64,000 nucleotides of DNA, from assembly GCA_002189035.1 (NCBI GenBank), contig NEEC01000007.1, positions 3,596,001 to 3,660,000 of the forward strand. The letters are read 5' to 3'. This document shows positions 10,800 to 24,151 of the stretch, one piece after another. The translations under genes and the position numbers were made by a program. Under the pieces are notes generated by a model. The model made no database searches. It saw only the letters and a program-made list of their open reading frames with translations, and was not told where the DNA came from. The DNA is from Utricularia gibba (taxonomy: Eukaryota > Plantae > Magnoliophyta). Within the stretch, counting starts at the first letter, position 1, and each line of letters opens with the position of its first letter.

Positions 10800-12300
10800 T
10801 GGGCGGGTGATGTTTTGGAACTTCGTTCTGACCCACAGGTTCTCGGAAAATCGTCTCCTTTTGCCAATCGGTCCTACTCGACGAAAAATCGTGATGCAGT
10901 TATTGAAGTTAGGATTTCACTGACGCATGCCACAAAATGGTTTTTTCCGCATGCTTTATATTTGAGGAGGCGCTCTAGTGGGGCACGGTATCGAGGCAAA
11001 GGTCGAGTCGAGCTCGGGCCCATAGTCATTTGTAGCCTGCAAAAAACTTGATGCATTTATTAACGTTGGGTTTAATAGGCTGCCTACATGTTTTCTCAAG
11101 GAAAAGCTTGTCGTTTTTGGGCGGGTGATGTCGTTTGGAACTTCGTTCTGACCAAGGTTCGGTCTGTCTTTTTGCCATCGGTCCGGTCTCGACGAAAATC
11201 GTGATGCAGTTATTAAGTTAGTTAGGATTTCATGAGCACCCAAAATGGTTTTTCAACCGCATCGCATGCTTTGGGCATATTTGATCGAATAGGTAGCTCT
11301 TGATGCGGTGGGGCAACGGTATGTCGTTGTGAGTTCTGAGGAGGTCGAGTCGATGCATCGTGCCAGGTTTTAATAGTTGTAGTACAAAAAAATTGATCAA
11401 GGAAAAGCTTGTCGTTTTGGCGGGTGATGTCTTTTGGAACTTCGTTCTGACCAAGGTTCGGTCTGACTCCTTTGCCAATCGGGTCCTACTCGACGAAAAT
11501 CGTGATGCAGTTATTGAAGTTAGGATTTCATGAGCACCCAAAATGGTTTTCTCAACCGCATGCTTTATATTTGATAAGGTGCTCTCGTGGGGCAACGGTA
11601 TCGAGTAGGAGGTCGAGTCGAGCTCGGGCCCATAGTCATTTGTAGCTCGGCAAAAAACTTGATGCATTTATTAACGGTTGGTTTTAATAGGCTGCCTCAA
11701 TGGTTTTCTGTCTTTTGGAACTTCGTTCTGACCAAAGGTTTGTCGTGATTCGGGTTGCATGTCGTTGTGAACGGTTCGTCCTACCCAAGAATTCGTCTGT
11801 GATTGCAGTCAATTCTGGTTAGGTCGACGAAAATCGTGATGCAGTTATTGAAGTTAGGATTTCATGAGCACCCAAAATGGTTTCTCTTTTCTCAATCGCT
11901 GCTTATATTTGTAGTAAGAGGAGGCTGCTCTAGGGGCACGGTATCGGCAAAAGGTCGAGTCGGGCTCGAGTCCAGCAGAGTCATTTTTAGCCTGTCAAAA
12001 AAATGATGCATTTATTAACGTTGGGTTTTAATAGGCTGCCTACATGGTTTCTCAAGGAAAAGCTTGTCGTTTCTGGGCGGTTAACGGTTGGGAACTTCGT
12101 TCTGACCTAATGTTCTTCTCAAGGAAAAGCTCCTTTGTTTTGATGGGCGGGTGACGTCGTTGTGAAACTTCGTTCTGACCAAGGTTCGGTCTGTCTCCTT
12201 TGCCATGCTGGTTATTGAAGTCGACGATTCATGAGCACCCAAAATGGTTTTCTCAACCGAGCACTTTATATTTGATGCTTTTGTCAATCGCATGCTTTGT
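10800..12300 (+). other. Scrambled segment built from misplaced monomer fragments (probable assembly or consensus artefact)
   Basis: Monomer pieces occur out of order, e.g. GGGCAACGGT-ATGTCGTTGTGAG at ~11311, TTCTG-TCTTTTGGAAC at ~11706, GGGCGG-TTAACGGTTGG at ~12075; anchors are degraded and irregularly spaced. Confidence 0.65.
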
Positions 12301-13151
12301 AGTTGAGGAGGCGCTCTAGTGGGGCACGGTATCGGCAAAAGGTCGAGTCGGCTCGCCCAGAGTCATTTTTAGCCTGTCAAAAAAAGTGATGCATTTATTA
12401 ACGTTGGGTTTTAATAGGCTGCCTACATGGTTTCTCAAGGAAAAGCTTGTCGTTTCTGGGCGGGTGATGTCTTTTGGAACTTCGTTCTGACCATAGGTTC
12501 GGTCTGACTCCTTTGCCACATCGGGTCCTACTCGACGAAAATCGTGATGCAGTTATTGAAGTTAGGATTTCATGAGCACCCAAAATGGTTTTCTCAACCG
12601 CATGCTTTATATTTGATAAGGTGCTCTCGTGGGGCAACGGTATCGAGTAGGAGGTCGAGTCGAGCTCGGGCCCATAGTCATTTGTAGCTCGGCAAAAAAC
12701 TTGATGCATTTATTAACGGTTGGTTTTAATAGGCTGCCTCATGGTTTTCTCAAGGAAAAGCTTGTCGTTTTTGGGCGGGTGATGTCGTTGTGAACTTCGT
12801 TCTGACCAAGGTTCGGTCTGTCTCCTTTGCCAAATCTGGTCCTACTCGACGAAAATCGTGATGCAGTTATTGAAGTTAGGATTTCATGAGCACCCAAAAT
12901 GCTTTTGTCAATCGCATGCTTTGTAGTTGAGGAGGCGCTCTAGTGGGGCACGGTATCGGGCAAAAGGTCGAGTCGGCTCGCTCCCAGTCATTTTTAGCCT
13001 GTCAAAAAAAGTGATGCATTTATTAACGTTGGGTTTTAATAGGCTGCCTACATGGTTTCTCAAGGAAAAGCTTGTCGTTTCTGGGCGGGTGATGTCTTTT
13101 GGAACTTCGTTCTGACCATAGGTTCGGTCTGACTCCTTTGCCACATCGGGT

Positions 13152-15874
13152 CCTACTCGACGAAAATCGTGATGCAGTTATTGAAGTTAGGATTTCATGA
13201 GCACCCAAAATGGTTTTCTCAACCGCATGCTTTATATTTGATAAGGTGCTCTCGTGGGGCAACGGTATCGAGCAGGAGGTCGAGTCGAGCTCGGGCCCAT
13301 AGTCATTTGTAGCCGGCAAAAAACTTGATGCATTTATTAACGTTGGTTTAATAGGCTGCCTATGGTTTCTCAAGGAAAAGCTTGTCGTTTTGGGCGGGTG
13401 ATGTCGTTGGAACTTCGTTCTGACCAAGGTTCGGTCTGACTCCTTTGCCACATCGGGTCCTACTCGACGAAAATCGTGATGCAGTTATTGAAGTTAGGAT
13501 TTCATGAGCACCCAAAATGTTTTTCAACCGCATGCTTTGTATTTGAGGAGGCGCTCTCGTGGGGCAACGGTATCGAGAGGTCGAGTCGCTCGCCCAGAGT
13601 CATTTGTACAAAAAATTGATGCATTTATTAACGTTGGGTTTTAATAGGCTGCCTACTTTCTCAAGGAAAAGCTTGTCGTTCTGGCGGGTGATGTCTTTGG
13701 AACTTCGTTCTGACCAAGGTTCGTCTGACTCCTTTGCCACATCGGTCCTACTCGACGAAAATCGTGATGCAGTTATTGAAGTTAGGATTTCATGAGCACC
13801 CAAAATGGTTTTCTCAACCGCATGCTTTATATTTGATAAGGCTCTCGTGGGGCAACGGTATCGAGCAGGAGGTCGAGTCGAGCTCGGCCCAGAGTCATTT
13901 GTAGCCCGGCAAAAAAATTGATGCATTTATTAACGTTTTTATAGGCTGCCTACATAGTTTCTCAAGGAAAAGCTTGTCGTTTCTGGGCGGGTGATGTCTT
14001 TTGGAACTTCGTTCTGACCAAGGTTCGGTCTGACTCCTTTGCCAAATCGGGTCCTACTCGACGAAAATCGTGATGCAGTTATTGAAGTTAGGATTTCATG
14101 AGCACCCAAAATGGTTTTCTCAACCGCATGCTTTATATTTGATAAGGTGCTCTCGTGGGGCAACGGTATCGAGTAGGAGGTCGAGTCGAGCTCGGCCCAT
14201 AGTCATTTGTAGCTCGGCAAAAAACTTGATGCATTTATTAACGGTTGGTTTTAATAGGCTGCCTCAATGGTTTTCTCAAGGAAAAGCTTGTCGTTTTTTG
14301 GGCGGTGATGTCGTTGTGAACTTCGTTCTGACCAAGGTTCGGTCTGTCTCCTTTGCCAAATCTGGTCCTACTCGACGAAAATCGTGATGCAGTTATTGAA
14401 GTTAGGATTTCATGAGCACCCAAAATGTTTTTCAATCGCATGCTTTATAGTTGAAGGCGCTCTAGTGGGGCACGGTATCGGGCAGGTCGAGTCGGGCTCG
14501 CCCAGAGTCATTTTAGCCCAAAAAATTGATGCATTTATTAACGTTGGTTTTAATAGGCTGCCTACATGGTTTCTCAAGGAAAAGCTTGTCGTTTCTGGCG
14601 GGTGATGTCTTTTGGAACTTCGTTCTGACCAAGGTTCGGTCTGACTCCTTTGCCACATCGGGTCCTACTCGACGAAAATCGTGATGCAGTTATTGAAGTT
14701 AGGATTCATGAGCACCCAAAATGGTTTTCTCAACCGCATGCTTTATATTTGATAAGGCGCTCTCGTGGGGCAACGGTATCGAGCAGGAGGTCGAGTCGAG
14801 CTCGGCCCAGAGTCATTTGTAGCCCGGCAAAAAAATTGATGCATTTATTAACGTTGGTTTAATAGGCTGCCTACATAGTTTCTCAAGGAAAAGCTTGTCG
14901 TTTCTGGGCGGGTGATGTCTTTTGGAACTTCGTTCTGACCATAGGTTCGGTCTGACTCCTTTGCCACATCGGGTCCTACTCGACGAAAATCGTGATGCAG
15001 TTATTGAAGTTAGGATTTCATGAGCACCCAAAATGGTTTTCTCAACCGCATGCTTTATATTTGATAAGGTGCTCTCGTGGGCAACGGTATCGAGTAGGAG
15101 GTCGAGTCGAGCTCGGGCCCATAGTCATTTGTAGCTCGGCAAAAAACTTGATGCATTTATTAACGTTGGTTTTAATAGGCTGCCTCAATGGTTTTCTCAA
15201 GGAAAAGCTTGTCGTTTTTGGGCGGGTGATGTCGTTGAACTTCGGACCAAGGTTCGGTCTGACTCCTTTGGGTCCTACTCGACGAAAATCGTGATGCAGT
15301 TATTGAAGTTAGGATCATGAGCACCCAAAATGTTTTGTCAACGCATGCTTTATATTTGAGGAGGCGCTCTAGTGGGGCACGGTATAGGTCGAGTCGGGCT
15401 CGCCCAGAGTCATTTTTAGGCAAAAAAAGTGATGCATTTATTAACGTTGGGTTTTAATAGGCTGCCTACATTTTCTCAAGGAAAAGCTTGTCGTTTCTGG
15501 GCGGGTGATGTCTTTTGGAACTTCGTTCTGACCATAGGTTCGGTCTGACTCCTTTGCCACATCGGTCCTACTCGACGAAAATCGTGATGCAGTTATTGAA
15601 GTTAGGATTTCATGAGCACCCAAAATGGTTTTCTCAACCGCATGCTTTATATTTGATAAGGCACTCTCGTGGGCAACGGTATCGAGCAGGAGGTCGAGTC
15701 GAGCTCGGCCCAGAGTCATTTGTAGCTCGGCAAAAAATTGATGCATTTATTAACGTTGGTTTATAGGCTGCCTACATAGTTTCTCAAGGAAAAGCTTGTC
15801 GTTTCTGGGCGGGTGATGTCTTTTGGAACTTCGTTCTGACCAAGGTTCGGTCTGACTCCTTTGCCACATCGGGT
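13152..15874 (+). repeat. Higher-order trimer domain (B-A-C) x3, period ~0.9 kb
   Basis: B-like at 13152, 14053, 14975; A-like at 13459, 14367, 15274; C at 13747, 14664, 15567. Types are partly blended here. Confidence 0.6.
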
Positions 15875-18800
15875 CCTACTCGACGAAAATCGTGATGCAG
15901 TTATTGAAGTTAGGATTTCATGAGCACCCAAAATGGTTTTCTCAACCGCATGCTTTATATTTGATAAGGTGCTCTCGTGGGGCAACGGTATCGAGTAGGA
16001 GGTCGAGTCGAGCTCGGGCCCATAGTCATTTGTAGCTCGGCAAAAAACTTGATGCATTTATTAACGGTTGGTTTTAATAGGCTGCCTCAATGGTTTTCTC
16101 AAGGAAAAGCTTGTCGTTTTTGGGCGGGTGATGTCGTTGTGAACTTCGTTCTGACCAAGGTTCTCCTTTGCCAAATCTGGTCCTACTCGACGAAAATCGT
16201 GATGCAGTTATTGAAGTTAGGATTTCATGAGCACCCAAAATGCTTTTGTCAATCGCATGCTTTGTAGTTGAGGAGGCGCTCTAGTGGGGCACGGTATCGG
16301 GCAAAAGGTCGAGTCGGGCTCGCTCCCAGAGTCATTTTTAGCCTGTCAAAAAAAGTGATGCATTTATTAACGTTGGGTTTTAATAGGCTGCCTACATGGT
16401 TTCTCAAGGAAAAGCTTGTCGTTTCTGGCGGGTGATGTCTTTTGGAACTTCGTTCTGACCATAGGTTCGGTCTGACTCCTTTGCCACATCGGGTCCTACT
16501 CGACGAAAATCGTGATGCAGTTATTGAAGTTAGGATTTCATGAGCACCCAAAATGGTTTTCTCAACCGCATGCTTTATATTTGATAAGGTGCTCTCGTGG
16601 GGCAACGGTATCGAGTAGGAGGTCGAGTCGAGCTCGGGCCCATAGTCATTTGTAGCTCGGCAAAAAAACTTGATGCATTTATTAACGGTTGGTTTTAATA
16701 GGCTGCCTCAATGGTTTTCTCAAGGAAAAGCTTGTCGTTTTTGGGCGGTGATGTCGTTGTGAACTTCGTTCTGACCCAAGGTTCGGTCTGTCTCCTTTGC
16801 CAAATCTGGTCCTACTCGACGAAAATCGTGATGCAGTTATTGAAGTTAGGATTTCATGAGCACCCAAAATGCTTTTGTCAATCGCATGCTTTGTATTGAG
16901 GCGCTCTGTGGGGCACGGTATCGGGCAAAAGGTCGAGTCGGGCTCGCCCAGAGTCATTTTTAGCCTGCAAAAAAAGTGATGCATTTATTAACGTTGGGTT
17001 TTAATAGGCTGCCTACATGGTTTCTCAAGGAAAAGCTTGTCGTTTCTGGGCGGGTGATGTCTTTTGGAACTTCGTTCTGACCATAGGTTCGGTCTGACTC
17101 CTTTGCCACATCGGGTCCTACTCGACGAAAATCGTGATGCAGTTATTGAAGTTAGGATTTCATGAGCACCCAAAATGGTTTTCTCAACCGCATGCTTTAT
17201 ATTTGATAAGGTGCTCTCGTGGGGCAACGGTATCGAGTAGGAGGTCGAGTCGAGCTCGGGCCCATAGTCATTTGTAGCTCGGCAAAAAACTTGATGCATT
17301 TATTAACGGTTGGTTTTAATAGGCTGCCTCAATGGTTTTCTCAAGGAAAAGCTTGTCGTTTTTGGGCGGGTGATGTCGTTGTGAACTTCGTTCTGACCCA
17401 AGGTTCGGTCTGACTCCTTTGCCAAATCTGGTCCTACTCGACGAAAATCGTGATGCAGTTATTGAAGTTAGGATTTCATGAGCACCCAAAATGCTTTTTC
17501 AATCGCATGCTTTGTATTTGAGGAGGCGCTCTAGTGGGGCACGGTATCGGGCAGGTCGAGTCGGGCTCGCCCAGAGTCATTTTACAAAAAAAGTGATGCA
17601 TTTATTAACGTTGGTTTTAATAGGCTGCCTACATGGTTTCTCAAGGAAAAGCTTGTCGTTTCTGGGCGGGTGATGTCTTTTGGAACTTCGTTCTGACCAA
17701 GTTCGGTCTGACTCCTTTGCCACATCGGGTCCTACTCGACGAAAATCGTGATGCAGTTATTGAAGTTAGGATTTCATGAGCACCCAAAATGTTTTTCAAT
17801 CGCATGCTTTGTAGTTGAGGAGGCGCTCTAGTGGGGCACGGTATCGGGCAAAGGTCGAGTCGAGCTCGCTCCCAGAGTCATTTTTTAGCCTGCAAAAAAA
17901 GTGATGCATTTATTAACGTTGGGTTTTAATAGGCTGCCTACATGGTTTCTCAAGGAAAAGCTTGTCGTTTCTGGGCGGGTGATGTCTTTTGGAACTTCGT
18001 TCTGACCATAGGTTCGGTCTGACTCCTTTGCCACATCGGGTCCTACTCGACGAAAATCGTGATGCAGTTATTGAAGTTAGGATTTCATGAGCACCCAAAA
18101 TGGTTTTCTCAACCGCATGCTTTATATTTGATAAGTGCTCTCGTGGGGCAACGGTATCGAGTAGGAGGTCGAGTCGAGCTCGGCCCATAGTCATTTGTAG
18201 CTCGGCAAAAAAACTTGATGCATTTATTAACGGTTGGTTTTAATAGGCTGCCAATGGTTTTCTCAAGGAAAAGCTTGTCGTTTGGGCGGTGATGTCGTTG
18301 TGAACTTCGTTCTGACCAAGGTTCGGTCTGACTCCTTTGCCAAATCTGGTCCTACTCGACGAAAATCGTGATGCAGTTATTGAAGTTAGGATTTCATGAG
18401 CACCCAAAATGTTTTTCAATCGCATGCTTTGTTTGAGGAGGCGCTCTAGTGGGGCACGGTATCGGCAAAAGGTCGAGTCGGGCTCGCCCCAGAGTCATTT
18501 TAGCCTGCAAAAAAAGTGATGCATTTATTAACGTTGGGTTTTAATAGGCTGCCTACATGGTTTCTCAAGGAAAAGCTTGTCGTTTCTGGGCGGGTGATGT
18601 CTTTTGGAACTTCGTTCTGACCATAGGTTCGGTCTGACTCCTTTGCCACATCGGGTCCTACTCGACGAAAATCGTGATGCAGTTATTGAAGTTAGGATTC
18701 ATGAGCACCCAAAATGGTTTTCTCAACCGCATGCTTTATATTTGATAAGGCACTCTCGTGGGGCAACGGTATCGAGCAGGAGGTCGAGTCGAGCTCGGCC

Positions 18801-20477
18801 AGAGTCATTTGTAGCCCGGCAAAAAAATTGATGCATTTATTAACGTTCGGCTTTATAGGCTGCCTACATAGTTTCTCAAGGAAAAGCTTGTCGTTTCTGG
18901 GCGGGTGATGTCGTTTTGAACTTCGTTCTGACCGTTCGGTCTGACTCCTTTGCCACATCGGGTCCTACTCGACGAAAATCGTGATGCAGTTATTGAAGTT
19001 AGGATTTCATGAGCACCCAAAATGTTTTCTCAACCGCATGCTTTATATTTGATAAGGCTCTCGTGGGGCAACGGTATCGAGCAGGAGGTCGAGTCGAGCT
19101 CGGGCCATAGTCATTTGTAGCTCGGCAAAAAACTTGATGCATTTATTAACGTTGGTTTTAATAGGCTGCCTCAATGTTTCTCAAGGAAAAGCTTGTCGTT
19201 TTTGGCGGGTGATGTCGTTGTGAACTTCGTTCTGACCAAGGTTCGTCTGACTCCTTTGCCAATCGGGTCCTACTCGACGAAAATCGTGATGCAGTTATTG
19301 AAGTTAGGATTCATGAGCACCCAAAATGGTTTTCTCAATCGCACAGGCGCTCTCGTGGGCACGGTATCGGCAAAGGTCGAGTCGAGCTCGCCCAGAGTCA
19401 TTTGTAGCCTGCAAAAAAGTGATGCATTTATTAACGTTTTTAATAGGCTGCCTACATGGTTTCTCAAGGAAAAGCTTGTCGTTTCTGGGCGGGTGATGTC
19501 TTTTGGAACTTCGTTCTGACCAAGGTTCGGTCTGACTCCTTTGCCACATCGGGTCCTACTCGACGAAAATCGTGATGCAGTTATTGAAGTTAGGATTCAT
19601 GAGCACCCAAAATGGTTTTCTCAACCGCATGCTTTATATTTGATAAGGTGCTCTCGTGGGGCAACGGTATCGAGCAGGAGGTCGAGTCGAGCTCGGGCCC
19701 ATAGTCATTTGTAGCTCGGCAAAAAACTTGATGCATTTATTAACGGTTGGTTTTAATAGGCTGCCTCAATGGTTTCTCAAGGAAAAGCTTGTCGTTTTGG
19801 GCGGGTGATGTCGTTGTGAACTTCGTTCTGACCAAGGTTCGGTCTGTCTCCTTTGCCAAATCTGGTCCTACTCGACGAAAATCGTGATGCAGTTATTGAA
19901 GTTAGGATTTCATGAGCACCCAAAATGTTTTCTCAATCGCATGCTTTGTATTTGAGGAGGCGCTCTAGTGGGGCACGGTATCGGGCAAAAGGTCGAGTCG
20001 GGCTCGCCCAGAGTCATTTTTAGCCTGTCAAAAAAGTGATGCATTTATTAACGTTGGTTTTAATAGGCTGCCTACATGGTTTCTCAAGGAAAAGCTTGTC
20101 GTTTCTGGGGGGTGATGTCTTTTGGAACTTCGTTCTGACCATAGGTTCGGTCTGACTCCTTTGCCACATCGGGTCCTACTCGACGAAAATCGTGATGCAG
20201 TTATTGAAGTTAGGATTTCATGAGCACCCAAAATGGTTTTCTCAACCGCATGCTTTATATTTGATAAGGCGCTCTCGTGGGGCAACGGTATCGAGCAGGA
20301 GGTCGAGTCGAGCTCGGGCCCATAGTCATTTGTAGCTCGGCAAAAAATTGATGCATTATTAACGTTGGTTTTAATAGCCTACATAGTTTTCTCAAGGAAA
20401 AGCTTGTCGTTTTTGGGCGGGTGATGTCGTTGTGAACTTCGTTCTGACCCAAGGTTCGGTCTGTCCTTTGCCAAGGT

Positions 20478-23400
20478 CCTACTCGACGAAAATCGTGATG
20501 CAGTTATTGAAGTTAGGATTTCATGAGCACCCAAAATGGTTTTCTCAACCGCATGCTTTATATTTGATAAGGTGCTCTCGTGGGGCAACGGTATCGTAGG
20601 AGGTCGAGTCGAGCTCGGGCCCATAGTCATTTGTAGCTCGGCAAAAAACTTGATGCATTTATTAACGTTGGTTTTAATAGGCTGCCTAATGGTTTTCTCA
20701 AGGAAAAGCTTGTCGTTTTGGGCGGTGATGTCGTTGTGAACTTCGTTCTGACCCAAGGTTCGGTCTGTCTCCTTTGCCAATCTGGTCCTACTCGACGAAA
20801 ATCGTGATGCAGTTATTGAAGTTAGGATTTCATGAGCACCCAAAATGTTTTTCAATCGCATGCTTTATATTTGAAGGCGCTCTAGTGGGGCACGGTATCG
20901 GGCAAAGGTCGAGTCGGGCTCGCCCAGAGTCATTTTTTAGCCTGCAAAAAAATTGATGCATTTATTAACGTTGGGTTTTAATAGGCTGCCTACATGGTTT
21001 CTCAAGGAAAAGCTTGTCGTTTTGGGCGGTGATGTCTTTGGAACTTCGTTCTGACCAAGGTTCGGTCTGACTCCTTTGCCACATCGGTCCTACTCGACGA
21101 AAATCGTGATGCAGTTATTGAAGTTAGGTTCATGAGCACCCAAAATGGTTTTCTCAACCGCATGCTTTATATTTGATAAGGCACTCTCGTGGGGCAACGG
21201 TATCGAGCAGGAGGTCGAGTCGAGCTCGGCCCATAGTCATTTGTAGCTCGGCAAAAAATTGATGCATTTATTAACGGTTTTAATAGGCTGCCTATGGTTT
21301 CTCAAGGAAAAGCTTGTCGTTTTTGGGCGGGTGATGTCGTTGGGAACTTCGTTCTGACCAAGGTTCGGTCTGACTCCTTTGCCAATCGGTCCTACTCGAC
21401 GAAAATCGTGATGCAGTTATTGAAGTTAGGATTTCATGAGCACCCAAAATGGTTTTCTCAACCGCATGCTTTATATTTGAAAGGCGCTCTCGTGGGGCAA
21501 CGGTATCGAGTAGGAGGTCGAGTCGAGCTCGGGCCCATAGTCATTTGTAGCTCGGCAAAAAACTTGATGCATTATTAACGTTGGTTTTAATAGGCTGCCT
21601 CAATGGTTTTCTCAAGGAAAAGCTTGTCGTTTTGGGCGGGTGATGTCGTTGTGAACTTCGTTCTGACCCAAGGTTCGGTCTGTCTCCTTTGCCGTCCTAC
21701 TCGACGAAAATCGTGATGCAGTTATTGAAGTTAGGATTTCATGAGCACCCAAAATGTTTTCTCAACCGCATGCTTTATATTTGAGGAGGCGCTCTCGTGG
21801 GGCACGGTATCGAGCAAAAGGTCGAGTCGGGCTCGCCAGAGTCATTTTTAGCCGCAAAAAAATTGATGCATTTATTAACGTTGGGTTTTAATAGGCTGCC
21901 TACATGGTTTCTCAAGGAAAAGCTGTCGTTTCTGGGCGGGTGATGTCTTTTGGAACTTCGTTCTGACCAAGGTTCGGTCTGACTCCTTTGCCACATCGGG
22001 TCCTACTCGACGAAAATCGTGATGCAGTTATTGAAGTTAGGATTCATGAGCACCCAAAATGGTTTTCTCAACCGCATGCTTTATATTTGAAGGCGCTCTG
22101 GGGCAACGGTATCGAGCAGGAGGTCGAGTCGAGCTCGGCCCAAGTCATTTGTAGCCCGCAAAAAAATTGATGCATTTATTAACGTTGGCTTTATTAGGCT
22201 GCCTACATGTTTCTCAAGGAAAAGCTTGTCGTTTCTGGGCGGGTGATGTCTTTTGAACTTCGTTCTGACCAAGGTTCGGTCTGACTCCTTTGCCACATCG
22301 GTCCTACTCGACGAAAATCGTGATGCAGTTATTGAAGTTAGGATTTCATGAGCACCCAAAATGGTTTTCTCAACCGCATGCTTTATATTTGATAAGGTGC
22401 TCTCGTGGGGCAACGGTATCGAGTAGGAGGTCGAGTCGAGCTCGGCCATAGTCATTTGTAGCTCGGCAAAAAACTTGATGCATTTATTAACGTTGGTTTT
22501 AATAGGCTGCCTCAATGGTTTTCTCAAGGAAAAGCTTGTCGTTTTTGGGCGGGTGATGTCGTTGTGAACTTCGTTCTGACCCAGGTTCGGTCTGTCTCCT
22601 TTGCCAATCGGGTCCTACTCGACGAAAATCGTGATGCAGTTATTGAAGTTAGGATTTCATGAGCACCCAAAATGGTTTTCTCAATCGCATGCTTTATATT
22701 TGAGGAGGCGCTCTAGTGGGGCACGGTATCGGGCAAAGGTCGAGTCGGCTCGGGCCCAGAGTCATTTTTAGCCGCAAAAAAAGTGATGCATTTATTAACG
22801 TTGGGTTTTATAGGCTGCCTACATGGTTTCTCAAGGAAAAGCTTGTCGTTTCTGGGCGGGTGATGTCTTGGAACTTCGTTCTGACCAAGGTTCGGTCTGA
22901 CTCCTTTGCCACATCGGGTCCTACTCGACGAAAATCGTGATGCAGTTATTGAAGTTAGGATTCATGAGCACCCAAAATGGTTTTCTCAACCGCATGCTTT
23001 ATATTTGATAAGGCGCTCTCGTGGGGCAACGGTATCGAGGAGGTCGAGTCGAGCTCGGCCCAGAGTCATTTGTAGCTCGGCAAAAAAATTGATGCATTTA
23101 TTAACGTTGGTTTTATTAGGCTGCCTACATTTCTCAAGGAAAAGCTTGTCGTTTTGGCGGGTGATGTCTTTTGGAACTTCGTTCTGACCAAGGTTCGGTC
23201 TGACTCCTTTGCCACATCGGGTCCTACTCGACGAAAATCGTGATGCAGTTATTGAAGTTAGGATTTCATGAGCACCCAAAATGGTTTTCTCAACCGCATG
23301 CTTTATATTTGATAAGGGCTCTCGTGGGGCAACGTATCGAGTAGGAGGTCGAGTCGAGCTCGGCCCATAGTCATTTGTAGCTCGGCAAAAAACTTGATGC

Positions 23401-24151
23401 ATTTATTAACGTTGGTTTTAATAGGCTGCCTCAATGGTTTTCTCAAGGAAAAGCTTGTCGTTTTTGGCGGGTGATGTCGTTGTGAACTTCGTTCTGACCC
23501 AAGGTTCGGTCTGACTCCTTTGCCAAATCGGTCCTACTCGACGAAAATCGTGATGCAGTTATTGAAGTTAGGATTTCATGAGCACCCAAAATGGTTTTTC
23601 AATCGCATGCTTTTGTATTTGAGGAGGCGCTCTCGTGGGGCAACGGTATCGAGCAGGAGGTCGAGTCGGGCTCGCCCAGAGTCATTTGTAGCCCGCAAAA
23701 AAATTGATGCATTTATTAACGTTGGGTTTTAATAGGCTGCCTACATGGTTTCTCAAGGAAAAGCTTGTCGTTTCTGGGCGGGTGATGTCTTTTGGAACTT
23801 CGTTCTGACCAAGGTTCGGTCTGACTCCTTTGCCACATCGGGTCCTACTCGACGAAAATCGTGATGCAGTTATTGAAGTTAGGATTCATGAGCACCCAAA
23901 ATGGTTTTCTCAACCGCATGCTTTATATTTGATAAGGCACTCTCGTGGGGCAACGGTATCGAGCAGGAGGTCGAGTCGAGCTCGGGCCAGTCATTTGTAG
24001 CCCGGCAAAAAAAATTGATGCATTTATTAACGTTGGCTTTAATAGGCTGCCTACATAGTTTCTCAAGGAAAAGCTTGTCGTTTTTGGCGGGTGATGTCGT
24101 TGGAACTTCGTTCTGACCCAAGGTTCTGTCTGACTCCTTTGCCACATCGGT
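20478..24151 (+). repeat. Higher-order trimer domain (B-A-C) x4, period ~0.92 kb
   Basis: B-like at 20478, 21391, 22303, 23223; A-like at 20787, 21696, 22614, 23533; C-like at 21089, 22002, 22920, 23844. Types are partly blended. Confidence 0.55.
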
